This document shows, piece after piece, positions 37,739 to 51,538 of a DNA stretch of 64,000 bases (position 1 is its first letter; every line of letters starts with the position of its first letter). The stretch lies in the NCBI GenBank assembly GCA_965644295.1, contig CBFFRP010000216.1, positions 97,782-161,781 on the forward strand, written 5' to 3'. Both the position numbers and the translations under genes were made by a program. The notes beneath the pieces are model-generated. The model saw only the letters and a program-made list of their open reading frames with translations, did not search any database and was not told the DNA's origin. This DNA comes from Paraphysomonas bandaiensis. Its lineage: Eukaryota > Protista > Chrysophyceae.

Positions 37739-40700
37739 ATGCAGCCAATTGAAGAAGAAGAGAGTGTACAGAGCGCCCTTCATGTAGATGCGGCAGGTGC
37801 AGCACAGGGCAAAGATAACGATAGTACGGCGACGCAAGACCTTCCTGAATACACACCTCCGAACTTCACTGATGCTGCTGTATTTTTTGATGCTATTCTT
37901 CCCCGAAGGATTGTGGATAAAAGCCAACCGTCAGGGTATTATTCAACATGTGTGATGTTCGTCTTTTGTTGTAATATATGTTACAGATACAGATTAGCTC
38001 ACCTGGTTAGTGGCAAAATACATTTTGGCATCGTACTATTTGCTGTAACTTGAGATGTATAGGGTGAATTAGTTGATGAAAATGGGGTTGAATCAGAAAA
38101 GTATGATTTTTTCAGCACGAGTAATGATGCACTTAACGAGTTTGGTGTGGGGGTGGGTTTATATTTCCTGTCCCTCAAAGCCCTTGGAGTGGTATTTTTA
38201 TGTTGTGCATTACTATCGATTATGGCTGCTAACACGAACAGCGAACACCAGAACCCGAAGTACAATTCGGATGAAGTGGAGGTTCCAACATATACAGGTG
38301 AAAGGGAAGATTTGCAGACACCCATTCGACTTTTAGGGTCTGTGTATGGTGTTGAGCGGTCAGATTTACGTTTTATGCGACAAGGTGTATCGGATATTAT
38401 TATGAGTGTTGTGCTGGTGGTGTTGGCTATGACTGGGTACCTAGTGGAGCGAGTTGCAGTTGGGAGGATTGACGAGTCACAGCTAACAACCAGGCAGTAC
38501 TCCGTAGTTGTAAAGAATCCTCCCGCTCATATTACGGATCCGGATGTAAGTCTGCTGTCAAATTGGCAACGTAAAAGTGAATATGCACATTTTCCACTAT
38601 ACTCTAAAACCTATCGGGAGCTCACATTACGCGCAGGTATATCACCGTCACTTCAGTCAATTTGGCGATGTTGTTCTTGTTACCATCGCGCTGAATAATG
38701 GTCAGCTTCTCCGGAATATAGCAGCAAAGAAAGAAGTTGACAAAAAAATTGCGACGTTTTGGGCGACTGAACTTGCAATGGACTCACTTCCGTACATTTT
38801 GCGTGCACCACGGAACCTCTTGAAGCGTTGGCAGTTGATTCCGTCCATAGAAAGTTTGCTCCACAAGTCTGAAATGCTCAGGAACACTATCAAAACCCTT
38901 ACTGAAGTCAAGTACAAACCATGGAAGGTATTTGTGACATTTGATCTCGAGGAAACTCGCAATAGGTGTCTTGAAGAGACTGCTGTCAACAAACGTACCC
39001 TATGGCGTAACTCCATATCCAACGACAAAGCCGTATTGCACGGGCATACACTTGATGTATTTGTCACCGAGGAGCCATCTGATATCATATATGAGCACAG
39101 TGACATTTCCCAGCTACATAGACACTTAAGGATGGCACTTAGCTATTTCCTCTGCATTGGATTTCTGGTTGCCTGTTTTTTTGTTGTGGATGTGGTTACT
39201 AACAGCACTGGAGATATTGCTGTTGCTATTGTTGTCTCCTTGGTTAATGCTGCTCTTCCAGCTACGGTTAAATTTATCACGAAAGTTTGTGAGATGCACA
39301 ACAATGATGTAGATTTTCAGAGGTCTGTACTATTTAAACTTATGGCGGCCCGGTGTGTCAACAGTGCTCTGCTCATATACATAGTTACTGATTATGGTGA
39401 CGTCTTCAGCCTAGAGACGCTTGAACGAATTCAAAATATTCTCATTGCCGACGCCATTGCTACACCGTTATATCGATTTAGTAACGTATTAGATACGATG
39501 AAGAAATATATTATCGCGCCACTGACATCCATCACACAGGACCAATTCAATGAACACTGGCAGGGTGCGGAATGGACTCTGGCAGAGAGGTAGAAATTAC
39601 ATGTATCAAGAATATTGTAACTTATATAAATTTAGGTATAGTGATGTCCTGAAGAGTGTGTTTACGGGAATATTTTATGCCGTACCTCTTCCCACGGGTC
39701 TTTTTATCACTTCATTCGTAAGAAAACTTTGCACAATGTGTTTTTATTTATTTATGTTTTTCGCAGAGTATGGTCAGCACGTATCTTGTAGATAAATACT
39801 CTCTTTTCAATCTATGGAAACGACGTTCTAAAGTGGGGCCGGAGCTTGCCTATGGAGCCCGCTACTTCTATTTTGGGACTGTATTTTGCCACTTGTACAT
39901 CTCATTGATATATTTCGCAAATTGGCCATACAGGGGGGTGTTCAGTCAAGATAATGGGCAAAAAGCCACATGCGGGTTTCTAACGTGCGACTACAATGAC
40001 GACATGACCAGTACGCAATACCGTATTGTTCGTGTATATAATGTATGTACTCTGGTTGCTTTTATAGTTATCGTTTTCTGGGGCCTTCCTTATCACATCA
40101 TGAAGATAGTGCTGCGCGTGTTTGTCCCGAAGACGAAATATCATGGTGGTGAAGCTTCTGGTGTTTCTTTCAGGTCCATTGGTGGAATGTCCGCATATGT
40201 TCCACTTGTCTCTAGAAATGCATTCCTTTTGCCCTATATTGTTGCAAATATATCAAGTGTTCCAACGCGATACATTCCTACCCATTTGGGTATTCACTGG
40301 GAGGATCTGCCTGATCCGAAGCAGTTTTCAGTTTTCAACCCGGGCGAATTTCCCTATCTTCCTCCAGGTCGACTGCGGGAATGCATGAGCTATATCTTGT
40401 TTTACGAGAAAGAAGAAGACGACGATATATCTACAATTCCTGACGGGAGTGAACCTGACATGGATATTGAGTTACCTCAGATACCATCTGGTCGACCTAA
40501 GTTGCAGCGGCAATTGAGTCAAATGAAGCGAATTATAGATGACGATCTTCCAACTGGATGGGAGAAGCGTGAATGTCCGTCTACCGGGCGGGTGTACTAC
40601 CACGATGCAAACACGAATACAACTCATGATGTTTCGCCGCTGTATCAGACACCACTTAGCACTGATCGAAGATCCCTTTATGCAGACTCCACTGGAATCG

Positions 40701-40958
40701 GTCCTGCTTCAATAGTAAAGTATGAGAAATATATCATATTTGAAAAATTGTTTCATTATGTTGTACAGTTTAAGGCAGAGTCACCGTGTGACGAATATGA
40801 AGCCGAGGCCTGGAGATGTATCATTGGTGAAGCTGCCAGATTTCTGGGAGGAGAAGGTGACACGAAATGGGGTCACTTATTTTGTTAATCATAAGACGAA
40901 GACCACACACTGGGATATCCCTATGTCCGGAAATATTTCAGATAGAAAGAGTGTGTAA
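37739..40958 (+). CDS. OSCA/TMEM63 (CSC1-like) membrane channel with two C-terminal WW domains, multi-exon
   Basis: FGVGVGLYF, YSVVVKNPP, FSQFGDV, KVFVTF, EEPSDIIYE, WTLAER|YS and YLVDKYSL. WW motifs LPTGWEKR..TGRVYY and LPDFWEEK..NGVTYFVNH.TKTTHW..P. Confidence 0.82.
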
Positions 40959-41533
40959 ATGATCTCGGTTGTGAGCGTGGTTATTATTGTATTGGAAATG
41001 ACTATCATACATTGTATATGTCGTCGCCTCATGATCAATTGATCTTGTGTAGTTGTGCGAGTATCGTATTAATATGGAAGTTTCATAATAGTTTCGCCCG
41101 TACTTATCGCGACCAAATGTAGTGCGTGATTTAGGTGGAGAGCATAGTATATAAAAGTATTTGTTTTTTTCATAACTTCTTGGTGTTCTTAGATACGTTG
41201 CTGTTGTGATCACAATAGTAAATATAACACTTACATACTATTGTTGCGAGTTTCGAAGAGTATATTTAATATTTGTCGGGGTTGGCTGTATCTTAACATT
41301 TAGTGGAGTAAGTGGGGTTGCAAGTCTCGCTTAGTGATGATTCGAGTGTTCTGTAATGTCAATATTGAATATGAATATCCATATAGCATTTGACAGTCAG
41401 ATATACATGAGATGGATGCAGGGAGTGTTAATTGTCCTTATCCTAGGGTCCCTAGTGTAGTGCTTGTGTTGATTGTGTGTGGCGCGAAGCAAGCTCTAAC
41501 CACATCTACACAATGCTTTCGCTGCCAATACAT

Positions 41534-42309
41534 CAGGGATAGGGAACAATATATTGTACTGCAATATATTGTAAAGTATATTGATTGGTGGACTGGTCAA
41601 ATATTCCATCAATAGTGTTTCTGCTAAAAGAGCTCACAATACTATTGCAATATATTGCAATCAATATTATGATAGTCATATAAGAGAAGATTCTCAACTA
41701 TAGGGTGCAAAATGGATATAAATAACCGAGAAATTGATTACAACATTACAAAGGATAATGAAGCTGATGTTGACTATGCGACTAAAAATCTTCAGTCAGC
41801 TCAAACACTTAGAAACGTACAGGTCCACGAGTCATTAACGGTTGCCTGGCCCTGGTATGTACTTCCGATACATGGGAACGTCTGTTCAGCACAGCTAAAC
41901 ATATTATATCAGTGTTGCGCAAAAGTATCCATCCTACTTAATATGCTGTTGTTTTAGAAAGCTATTCGACAGTAATGGCCGGATACTAGCATATTTCAAT
42001 TAATTCTGTGGATGAATATGGTGATATTGACCTCACCGATGATGGCTCAGAGGATGAGGACGAGGTAGATTTTTAGTAGCTATAAGCAGCAGTTGGTTTG
42101 GTTGTCATGTGATCTTAATGGCTAATACTAAAAATGAAATCTACGGATGTGTTTACCTACTGATTAGTCAAACTAATATATCGCAATACATTGACAATAT
42201 ATTGCAATATATTGTAATTGTATTGTAGGACCGGTTTAAAAAATCCATCAATACTATTGATGGAACGCTATCTAACAATAGTATTGCAATATATTGTTCC
42301 CTATCCCTG
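41534..42309 (+). mobile_element. Non-autonomous hAT element (776 bp) carrying a decayed transposase dimerisation-domain fragment
   Basis: TIR CAGGGATAGGGAACAATATATTG at both ends; perfect 8-bp TSD CAATACAT; internal TSDTWERLFSTAKH...MLLFL. Confidence 0.95.
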
Positions 42310-43409
42310 CAATACATGATTTACCAGGAACCCCACGCGTTCCGGGAAGAGGGAGGCAAACTCAACGCATTCTATTCAAAACTTACCTGAGTCGTGAGAA
42401 ACCCTGCGTATTCATAGCAATGAAGAGGAGAAAATATTGTCTTTCTAGAATTTGCGCTACGCAATTTTCTTGCCTCGTCATTTGTGATTACGAGAATACT
42501 TCGTAATCCATGTGAAGATGAGTTGGACAAGGGTGGGTATGATATATAGAGTCTGCGAGGTGGTGGATTGGGTAGGAGATTCTTAGCGTATATAGTGCTG
42601 CTCGGCTTATATACTTATAGTTTTATATATAGAGTAGAACTCTTCTGTCCGTTTAAGTGTTTCAAAGTCACTTTCATATGCACTGATTGTCCCCGCATAA
42701 CAGTTGTTTCATTATGATCAGTGTGTGGATGTATGCCAGTATTAGAGAATCAGATGATCTTAGTAGTAAGTAAGTTTATGTCCCACCTGCAGATACATGC
42801 GTACCTTACTATACTATACTGCAGTGTGGTACGATCATAGTGTATGATTGTTAGATTGTGTGTGCAGGAGATTAGAGGTGTGTTGTATTGACCAGTCTCT
42901 GTCCACCTGAGATAGGAATATACAGTACCTTTATTTTTTTACTCTCTAAAAAACACAGTTTTTATATGAAAATAAGCATATTTTCGTTGATACTGTATAC
43001 ACACTGCTGTGTACTGCGTACCGTCATAGAATACGGTATCGTATACAGTAGAATACAGGAATATATTGAGAGTGCGCTTCGTATGTGTCTGTAGTTCCCA
43101 GGGCAGTATATACATACAGCATACAGCAGTATATATATGCATGTATACCATATATGGTGGGCGTATACGTATACAGTACAGCATATAGCTATGAGGAGCT
43201 TTGCACTGCACTCAAATTTTGGATTGACGTAATTGCTCTCAGTATTAACTGACCGCAAAGGAAACACATCAAAGCAAAACCATTACTACATTTTGGAATG
43301 ACCTTTTTGGACCTGTATTGATAATATTCGCATTAGTTTACATTGATATAGACTTATTTGTCGATAGAGCGTATATATCACACCATCTCTGCTGTAGATA
43401 TAATTAATA

Positions 43410-44164
43410 ATGTTTAGATTATTCGGTGGAAAAAAGGCAACATTCAAGCCTGTGAAATCCCATAAAAATCAGAAGCGCCAAGGCCTTCATGATTACACCA
43501 TGCGAACCCTAGGGAGGTTGTTTTATTTGTATATGTTTTGTTAATGCTAATCATAATTCTGTGCAGTGGTAATATGCGAGAGGCTGTAGCTCTACCTCCC
43601 GGAGAGGACCTCAACGAATGGCTTGCTGTCAACAGTAAGTGAAGTTTAGTGTGCTTACACTTTTTCTCATATTTCGTTTCAGCTGTTGATTTTTTTAACG
43701 AGGTCAGTTTAGTCTGGGGCATCACTTGCGACTCCACCATGCCTGTTTTTGCTGCTGGAGAGGGATTTCCACCTGGATTCGAATATTTCTGGGCAGATGG
43801 TGTCAAAATAAAGAATCCCATTCGGTGTTCTTCTACTGAATATGTGGACTATGTCATGACGTGGGTAGAAGAGCAAATAAACAACGAGCAGGTGTTCCCC
43901 ACTTCATCAGATAACCCTTTTCCTAGGAATTACATGGCTGTGGTGAAACAAATATATACCCGTATATTCCGCATATTCGCTATCATATATACACATCACT
44001 TTAGCCGACTTGAGGAGCTGGCTGCGGTCGCACACCTGAACACATCATTCAAGCACTTTTGCTTTTTCATATGGCAATTCGACCTCGTTGACCCAAGGGA
44101 GCTAGACGCCCTGCAAGTGATAGTGGGGGCGCTCAGAGAACAGTACGAAGGTGGATCATCATGA
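43410..44164 (+). CDS. MOB1: MOB kinase activator (MOB1-like), 3 exons
   Basis: TLG|SGNMREAVALPPGEDLNEWLAVN|AVDFFNE...EYFWAD...YVDYVMTWV...AHLNTSFKHF. Confidence 0.95.
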
Positions 44165-45210
44165 GAAAGTGTTGGGATAATACTTACTATATCCCATTTT
44201 TCTCTCGAATGGAGCTGAATATTATATCTAATAGAATATTTAGTGACCTCATGTCGGTAGCTTGTTGGCGCTAGATGGCGATTTCATTCGTTTCTTGTGC
44301 AGCCAATGTATGTTCTGCTATGATGTAGTAAGAATGAGTACAGCAGTGTGTTTAACAATTTGGTACTGTTACGATAATACTATATTAAATAATCCCTTCT
44401 ATAAGGTCAGATTCTTAATCACTGTGGCCTGTGGCTACCAATATGATGAAACAATTCTTTTTTCCCTAATCTATAGCCAATTGCTTCTAGAATAATTTCA
44501 TGACTACTTTCCTATACCGTACTACATGTTTCATACAATACAATCTAAAATAGCTCGTTAGTGCCGAGCCGTTACGTTTCTTCTATAAGAAGCAGATTAG
44601 GGATGGCTTGAGGGAACAAGGTATCGTCATCCAGCTGAAATCTTGATGTCGTGTTGCTCAGAATAAAAGAAACCGCAACTTCAATTTTGAAGTAGCGAAC
44701 GCCACATACTTAGTTAGTAATTTGGAATTCCAATCAGCAACTTGAGAGAGCAAATACACTGTGAATTGTGCTATTATTAACTGTGAGTTTGTATAGCAAG
44801 CTTCAATACTAACTGTCTATGCGGGAGAGCTATTGTAAAGGTTTATGCCTCATTATCAACAAAATGAGCGTGACAAGTGGGTTCGCATGACCTGTAGAAA
44901 TGCGGAGAGTGTATGTCTCGAGGTTATTGAAGATGACGCAAGCACTATGCCTATTAGTATTGGAGGGGAGTAAAGCATTTGAAATGCGCAGTGAAAGTTC
45001 AGTCCGAGTACGTCGTTGATTCATGTGCTGACTTACAGTATGAAACCGTGTTTGAAATGGAAAAAGAAGACCATGCAGGTGAGGTAGTGGATATGCTCGA
45101 CTTACTGAGCAATGCTCTCAGTCGTGGTAAAAAGAGAAATGCATCAGAAATGGCTTTCAGCTCCAGAGACTCCAGGCTAGTGTCAGGTAATAAGTAGTGG
45201 TACTAGAGAC

Positions 45211-45911
45211 CAGGGATAGGGAACTATATATTGTATTGCAATACATTGTACAATATATTGCAATATATTGTAAAATATATTGATTGGTGGACTGGTCAAA
45301 TATTCCATTAATAGTGTTTCTGTTAAAAGAGCTCACAATACTATTGCAATATATTGCAATATGAATAATATATCCCATATATTATGATAGTCATGTAAGA
45401 GAAGATTCTCAACTGTAGGGTGCAAAATGGATATAAATAACCGATAAATTGATTACAACATTACAGAGGATAATGAAGCTGATGTTGACTATGCGAATAA
45501 AAATCTTCAGTCAGCTCAAAAACTTAAGAAACGTACAGGTCCACGAGTCATTAACGGTTGCCTGGCCCTGGTATGTACTTTCAATACATGGGAACGTCTG
45601 TTTAGCACAACTAAACATATTATATCAGTGTTGCGCAAAAGTATCCATCCTACTTAATATGCTGTTGTTTCTGAAAGCTATTCGACAGCTATGGCCGGAT
45701 AATAGCAAATTTCAATTAATTCTGTGAATGAATATGGTGATGTTGACCTCACCGATGATGGCTCAGAGGATGAGGACGAGGTGGATTTTTAGTAGCTATA
45801 AGCAGCAGTTGGTTTGGTTGTCATGTGATCTTAATGACTAATACTAAAAATGAAATATACAGATGTGTTTACCTACTGAATAGTATTGCAATATATTGTT
45901 CCCTATCCCTG
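45211..45911 (+). mobile_element. Second copy of the CAGGGATAGG non-autonomous hAT (701 bp)
   Basis: Same TIRs; perfect 8-bp TSD CTAGAGAC (45203-45210 and 45912-45919); highly similar to 41534-42309 with a 3' subterminal deletion. Confidence 0.95.
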
Positions 45912-46311
45912 CTAGAGACTAGAGAAGTAGAGTGTGTAGCTGGAGTACTAGTGGGCTGTTGAGTAGTAGTCAGTTCATTCATTGTATGTACAGTTATTGC
46001 TTTTCTGTTACATGCGCAAGCAATAATGAGTAATGAGAACTAGATGGTACTGTAATGAACTATAAGATTAGGTGAAATTTATATATGCTCAAGATTTGTC
46101 GTTAATTTGCAGCAAACGCACGCATATGAAATTTTATATTATTCGAGACAGATGATAAAACAATAGCCATAATAACGTAAGTTTCTTGGTGCTGCAAAAA
46201 ATAAATCGCTTAAGTAGGAGCTTAGCGGAATTCAATCATAGGCAAAACTATCTATCTCAACAAAAACTTGCTACAAAACGTCTACGTTTATGTCAATAAT
46301 ACACAACATAA

Positions 46312-48000
46312 CTAACCAAAGTGGAAATTAAAGTGTTGTTGACGTCCTCCGCCATGTCTGAAGTGTTGGAAAGGGTTGAAGCCGCCCCTATGTTGTCCTC
46401 CACCACCTCCTTGGTTCTCAAACACCTCTTCTCCCCTGTCATACTTGCGACGCATTTCGTCATCACTCAGTACTTCGTACGCCTCAGCCACCAGCTGAAA
46501 CTGTTTTTCTGCCTTCTCTTTCTCCTCCTCCCCCGAATGCTTGTCCGGATGCCACATCAGGGCCTGCTCTCGGTAAGCCTTTTTGATTACCTTAATTTTA
46601 GCATTTCTCGGTACTCCAAGTATCTTGTAGTAGTCCTTTTGTTTGCTTTGTTTAAGCGCAGCTTCAGCCTTACGCAGCTCCTCCTCCACCTCTCTCTGAT
46701 TTGCGGTTCCCTGGGCGGCCTCTGCTGCTTTCTTAAATCTATAGACTGCCTCGTCGTACTCCTCTGCATTCATATGAATCTCCCCTAAAACTCTCAGCAT
46801 ATCCAAGTCATTTTCGTTAGACCGAAGAGCTATCTCCGCAACCTTCTTCGCTTCTGAGAAGTTCTTCATATCACTGTAAACCTTTGCCATGTCTCGTTGC
46901 GTCTGTGGCACTGTCACTGGATGCTCTGGATCTGCCGACAAGATGTCTTTCAGGTGTTTGATCGCATCTTCATTATTCCCTGAGTCACGTGCTTTCTGAA
47001 ATCGTTCTCGGCCCTTTAAAATTTTTTTGATGAGTTTGTGCCCAGCCTTGCACCCCGCATGCTCAGGGTCCAACTTGAGAGCCTGTCTGTAGTGATTCAC
47101 TGCAGTCTCGAACTCCCCAAGTATGTAGTAGCATGTGCCGCGCAACTCCAGTGCCTCCATGCTATTGGGATCTACCTTCAGCACCTTCCCAGCATCTGCT
47201 ATAGCTTCGTATATATCACCCATATTATACGCGCACCAAGCACGCCGCAGAACCGCACTTACTGAAAGCTCTGCGTAACGTATTGCTGCAGAGTAATGCT
47301 CTCTGGCCATCGGCCAATTGCGGTTTTGATATGCCTTTTCCGCCTGATTATATCAATGAGCAAGATAATGATACCGATAATTCCTTACAACATACCTCGG
47401 ATAACATCTGCGAGCACGAAGCCGCATTGCTAATCATGCTGATATCTTTATTCGACGGATTCACCCTGCAATCAGTACCCATGTTGAGACAATTATTAGG
47501 AAGCTTATTCTACCCACATTTTGAGCGCGGCAAAATCCTTTTCCGCTTCTGCACACCTCCCCATTCGGAGTAACAGTTTTGCCCGCTGTGACAGAGCCTG
47601 CTCATATGTAGGCCTCAGTTGTACGGCGGAACTGAGATCATTTAGAGCATCCTTGTACTTTTGTAGGCGGAGATTCACTCGAAACCTCTTGTAGTGGTTT
47701 TGCTCATTTTCGGGTTCGAGCTCAATAACCTTATAAATGCAAAAAATGATTCACATCTCACACTATACTCGACACTTACCTTAGACCACAACTTTGCAGC
47801 TTCTTCAGATTGTCCTTTCGAAAATGCAAGATCTGCGGCAGCTCGTATTTTACCGGCGGATTGCACTCCGTCATCTGAAGGCTAGTCAGAATAGAATAAA
47901 TAGGCATGGCATACTTACTGCAGTTGACCACGCGGGAATTATACATCAGAAAAAAGGCAACGAGAGAAATAAAATGAGTGCACATACCACTGAAGCTCAT
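46312..48000 (-). CDS. DNAJC3: ER co-chaperone DNAJC3/P58IPK (signal peptide, TPRs, J domain), multi-exon
   Basis: Hydrophobic N-terminus, TPR repeats, [16 protein letters not shown]...WHPDK...AYEVLSD, and a C-terminal FNFHFG. Confidence 0.93.
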
Positions 48001-48557
48001 ATGCATTATATACAACTAGGAACGCTTACAATGATAGTGGTGCAATCTCTGTAAAAGCCGAATGTAGATATACTCAAATGATAAGATTCGCTCGGAGAGG
48101 ATTGTAATTTCGATGCGGTTTGGCACGTTAGGCTCTGCAACAACTGATGCATCTTCATTGCATTTCTTTGTGTACATGTCTGCAGTTGCGTTTTTATAGC
48201 CTTCGTAGTGGATAAACCTTAAAATCACAGATTTACCAAAAACTCCAAACTTTTTCCTTAAAACCCATTATATTTATTTATTAGGTCGAAAATGAAAATA
48301 TATTGTAGAGTAGCGCAAACACTGTTTTCAGTAAATAAAATAACTCCAACACTGCTTTGGAACTAAGGAGAGCCAAGAAAAACAAAAAAGAACAACACCA
48401 ACATGCACATCTCCACACACTGACTACTATACGGTGCACTGTATATGCAAAGCAAAGCAGGTATGTGCGGGTAACACATGTGCCTAATTGTGCAACTATC
48501 ACACGCATTCAAATAGTGCATTAATATTTATCCCCTTCAAGTTTTACAGCTTTAAGA

Positions 48558-48941
48558 ATGTCTTGGTTTGGTCTTGGTGGTGGCAGTTCTGATGACTCAA
48601 AGAGCTCATCAAGCTCTTCTTATGACTCTCCCTCTCCTTATCAGGAGAGCGCATACGATAATCACGCTGAGTTCGCACCTCCTCCTCAGCAGTTTTCATC
48701 TCCTTCAAGCTCTTCATCGTCATCCCTCCAGGATCAGCTTGCTGCGGAACAACAGATGATTATGGTTCAGCAAGTGATGTTCAAGTTGACTGAGTCGGCT
48801 TTTGAGACATGTGTTTCGAGACCCTCTTCGTCTTTGAGCTCTTCTGAACAGGCTTGCATATCATCAGTGACCAGCAAATATCTTGAAGCCGGAGAATTTT
48901 TAATTAGAAAAATAGGAAGCAAAAATCAGAACCAGTTTTAG
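48558..48941 (+). CDS. Small Tim chaperone (Tim13/Tim8-like) with only the inner Cys pair
   Basis: AFETCVSRPSSSLSSSEQACISSVTSKY matches the Tim13 pattern CFxxC..P..SLS.SE..C...C..RY. Confidence 0.8.
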   Translation: MSWFGLGGGSSDDSKSSSSSSYDSPSPYQESAYDNHAEFAPPPQQFSSPSSSSSSSLQDQLAAEQQMIMVQQVMFKLTESAFETCVSRPSSSLSSSEQACISSVTSKYLEAGEFLIRKIGSKNQNQF

Positions 48942-49564
48942 ATGATTTGTCGAATCATATTGTTGCAACATTATTTTGTGTAGTGCATGAGCAATGAGTG
49001 CAATTCGAACAATTGAATTTACTTAGAACAGTATATAATGAACTGGGAGTTCTATAAATGGGTAATAATCGCATCTTCAGTACAGTGTATGAAAACTTGC
49101 TTGGCACCGGAACTGCACTTCAGCAGTTCCTCCTTGCTCCTCCTTGAGGAAGTATGACCACTAAAAATACCAATTTATATATAATGAACTTGAAGGCCTT
49201 AGTAATTTATAAACGCATGGATGGGGTGTCGTACCATACGCGTGATAGAATATAAAAATTTGTCGCTATTACGGCAAGAAACACCGACAGGTAGTGTGCT
49301 GGTAAATATTAAATAGCGTATTGGAATAGATAGAGAATAGTTGTTGTATATCTTTAAGTTGAAAAAATAGTAGTCGAACAATGATGCGTAATCATAATGT
49401 AATCATTGTAGCAGTAAAAGAGAAAGAATTTAGACAAGATACCGCCTGACATTTTTGAGAGATGATACATGAATACAAGAAAATACGGTTTTATTACTGT
49501 CGATGCTACGTGTGAACATGATCAAGTGGCCTATTATTGCTCAAATAGTACGGAATAGGTTTAT

Positions 49565-51047
49565 CTATTTAGGAGTGTTAGGTCGAGCAGCGTCTGGTCC
49601 AGTGGGGATGATCTCACCACTGTCCTGCAGCACTTGCCTGAAGTAGGCGATTGTCTTCTCGAGACCGATTCTAACTGGGACAGTGGGTCGCCAGTCGATA
49701 CGCTCCATTGCAGTAGTGATATCTGGTTTACGCTGTCTCGGATCATCCTGTGTGGCGGGTAGAAACCGAATGGTAGAGTTGGACCCGGTCAGCTCCTTAA
49801 TAATGTAGGCGAAGTCCTATATTCGACTAGTAAGCAACAAGAAAAATACAAATGACGTCACCTACTTTGACAGAATACTCATCTGGATTCCCGATGTTCA
49901 CGGGTAGGGAGTAGTTGCCGTTCATGAGCTTGATAAGACCAGAAACAAGATCGTCTACATACTGGAATGATCGAGTCTGTGCTCCGCTACCGTATATGGT
50001 GATATCTTTCCCCTGGAGAGCCTACAGCATAGACACCACGGAAGCAATTATATTGCATACACACATCCGAATACGGGCGCACCTGAATAATAAAGTTGCT
50101 GACAACTCGTCCGTCATTAGGGTGCATACGAGGTCCAAAGGTGTTAAATATTCTTGCCACCCTTACCTCCAAATTGGATTGCTTTTCATAGGCGTACCTG
50201 TTATGAATATAAGGAAAGAGAACAGAATATATGTAGACTAACATCATTGTCTCCGCAACACGCTTGCCCTCATCATAACAGGCACGAGGACCGATGGGAT
50301 TGACATGACCCCAATATGTCTCCTTCTGTGGATGCACTTCCGGGTCTCCATACACCTCAGATGTAGAGGTAAGGAGGACACGGGCCTTGACGCGTTTCGC
50401 GAGACCGAGCATGTTGAGAGTTCCCTCAGTACTGGTCTTAATCGTCTTGATTGGGTTATACTGATAATGTGGTGGAGAAGCAGGGCAAGCCAGATGATAC
50501 ACCTGATCTACTTCCAACATGATTGGCTCAACCACATCATGAATTATAAGCTGGAAATTCGGATGGTTCTGCCACTGTTGTACATTCTGCGCACGCCCAG
50601 TAAACATGTTGTCGACTACTATGACACGGTGCCCTTGCATCATTAGTCTATCCACTAGATGACTCCCTACAAACCCTGATCCTCCTGATACAAGGATTCT
50701 CAATTGGTCACGAGTTGACAGCTTCGCCACAGGAGGATACTTGTGCTGAAGAGAATTCGTCGTCGAAGCTTTCGCGTGAATATCTAAGATTTGACCACGA
50801 ACTTCGTTTGTAACGAAAGATTTTATTTCATCATTGGACATTTTGGTAAGAGGGGACGTACTGCAATATATTAACCAAAAAACAAGCATAGTATCGTACT
50901 GTACCTGGACTTGTTGCCATCATTCTGTGACAACTGTAACCAAAATATAATGAATATCAGTATTGATATAGGAATAAACCATGGCTGGCGATATATCGGT
51001 ACTGAGTTCGACACACCAGAGCCTAGGTTACTATCTCTCCCTCTCAT
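49565..51047 (-). CDS. UXS1: UDP-glucuronate decarboxylase (UDP-xylose synthase), type II membrane anchor, multi-exon
   Basis: [75 protein letters not shown] and [10 protein letters not shown]. Confidence 0.97.
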
Positions 51048-51538
51048 ATGGAATAATTAATAGCTAACCTCTTTACAAATACACGAGAATATCCACCTCG
51101 TTTACGTAATACTAATATATAACAAATATATTAACAGAGCTCAAAGATCACTCAAACAATAAGATTAAGTCCTTTGGTTTAATCCGTGTACTATTAAAGC
51201 TACTCTATATCCTAATATCGTCTACATTCACACTCCTTCATCTATGCAGAGTATGGTATGCATACTCCACAGTCATAACAGCATTCATACATACGGGATA
51301 CTGCTGTATACTAGTACTGGTATATACGGTATATGTGTTGAAAATACGGAAGTAATTTTTTACTTGCCTCCCCCCTCTTGACCAAACACGGTCATGGTCT
51401 GGTGACACCTCAACATATGGTACACTGATACATACACACACACATACATACACATCTATCCACATACATACACATACATGTATCTATCCATCACTATTAG
51501 AACACAATCACACAAGAATTTAATTCAATTCCCACAGA

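Noticed and set aside
42378-42540. U1 snRNA (AAACTTACCTG)
   Set aside because: No U1-70K loop (GATCACGAAG), U1A loop (ATTGCAC) or Sm site follows.
44620-45197. Possible transposase remnant (KCAVKVQSE...)
   Set aside because: The similarity is too weak and there are no termini or TSD.
41712-45727. ORFs 41712..41957 and 45449..45727 as duplicated genes
   Set aside because: They are off-frame readings of the decayed transposase fragment inside the hAT copies.
41534-45911. Composite transposon that has already moved MOB1
   Set aside because: The outer flanks differ (CAATACAT vs CTAGAGAC) and each copy has its own TSD.
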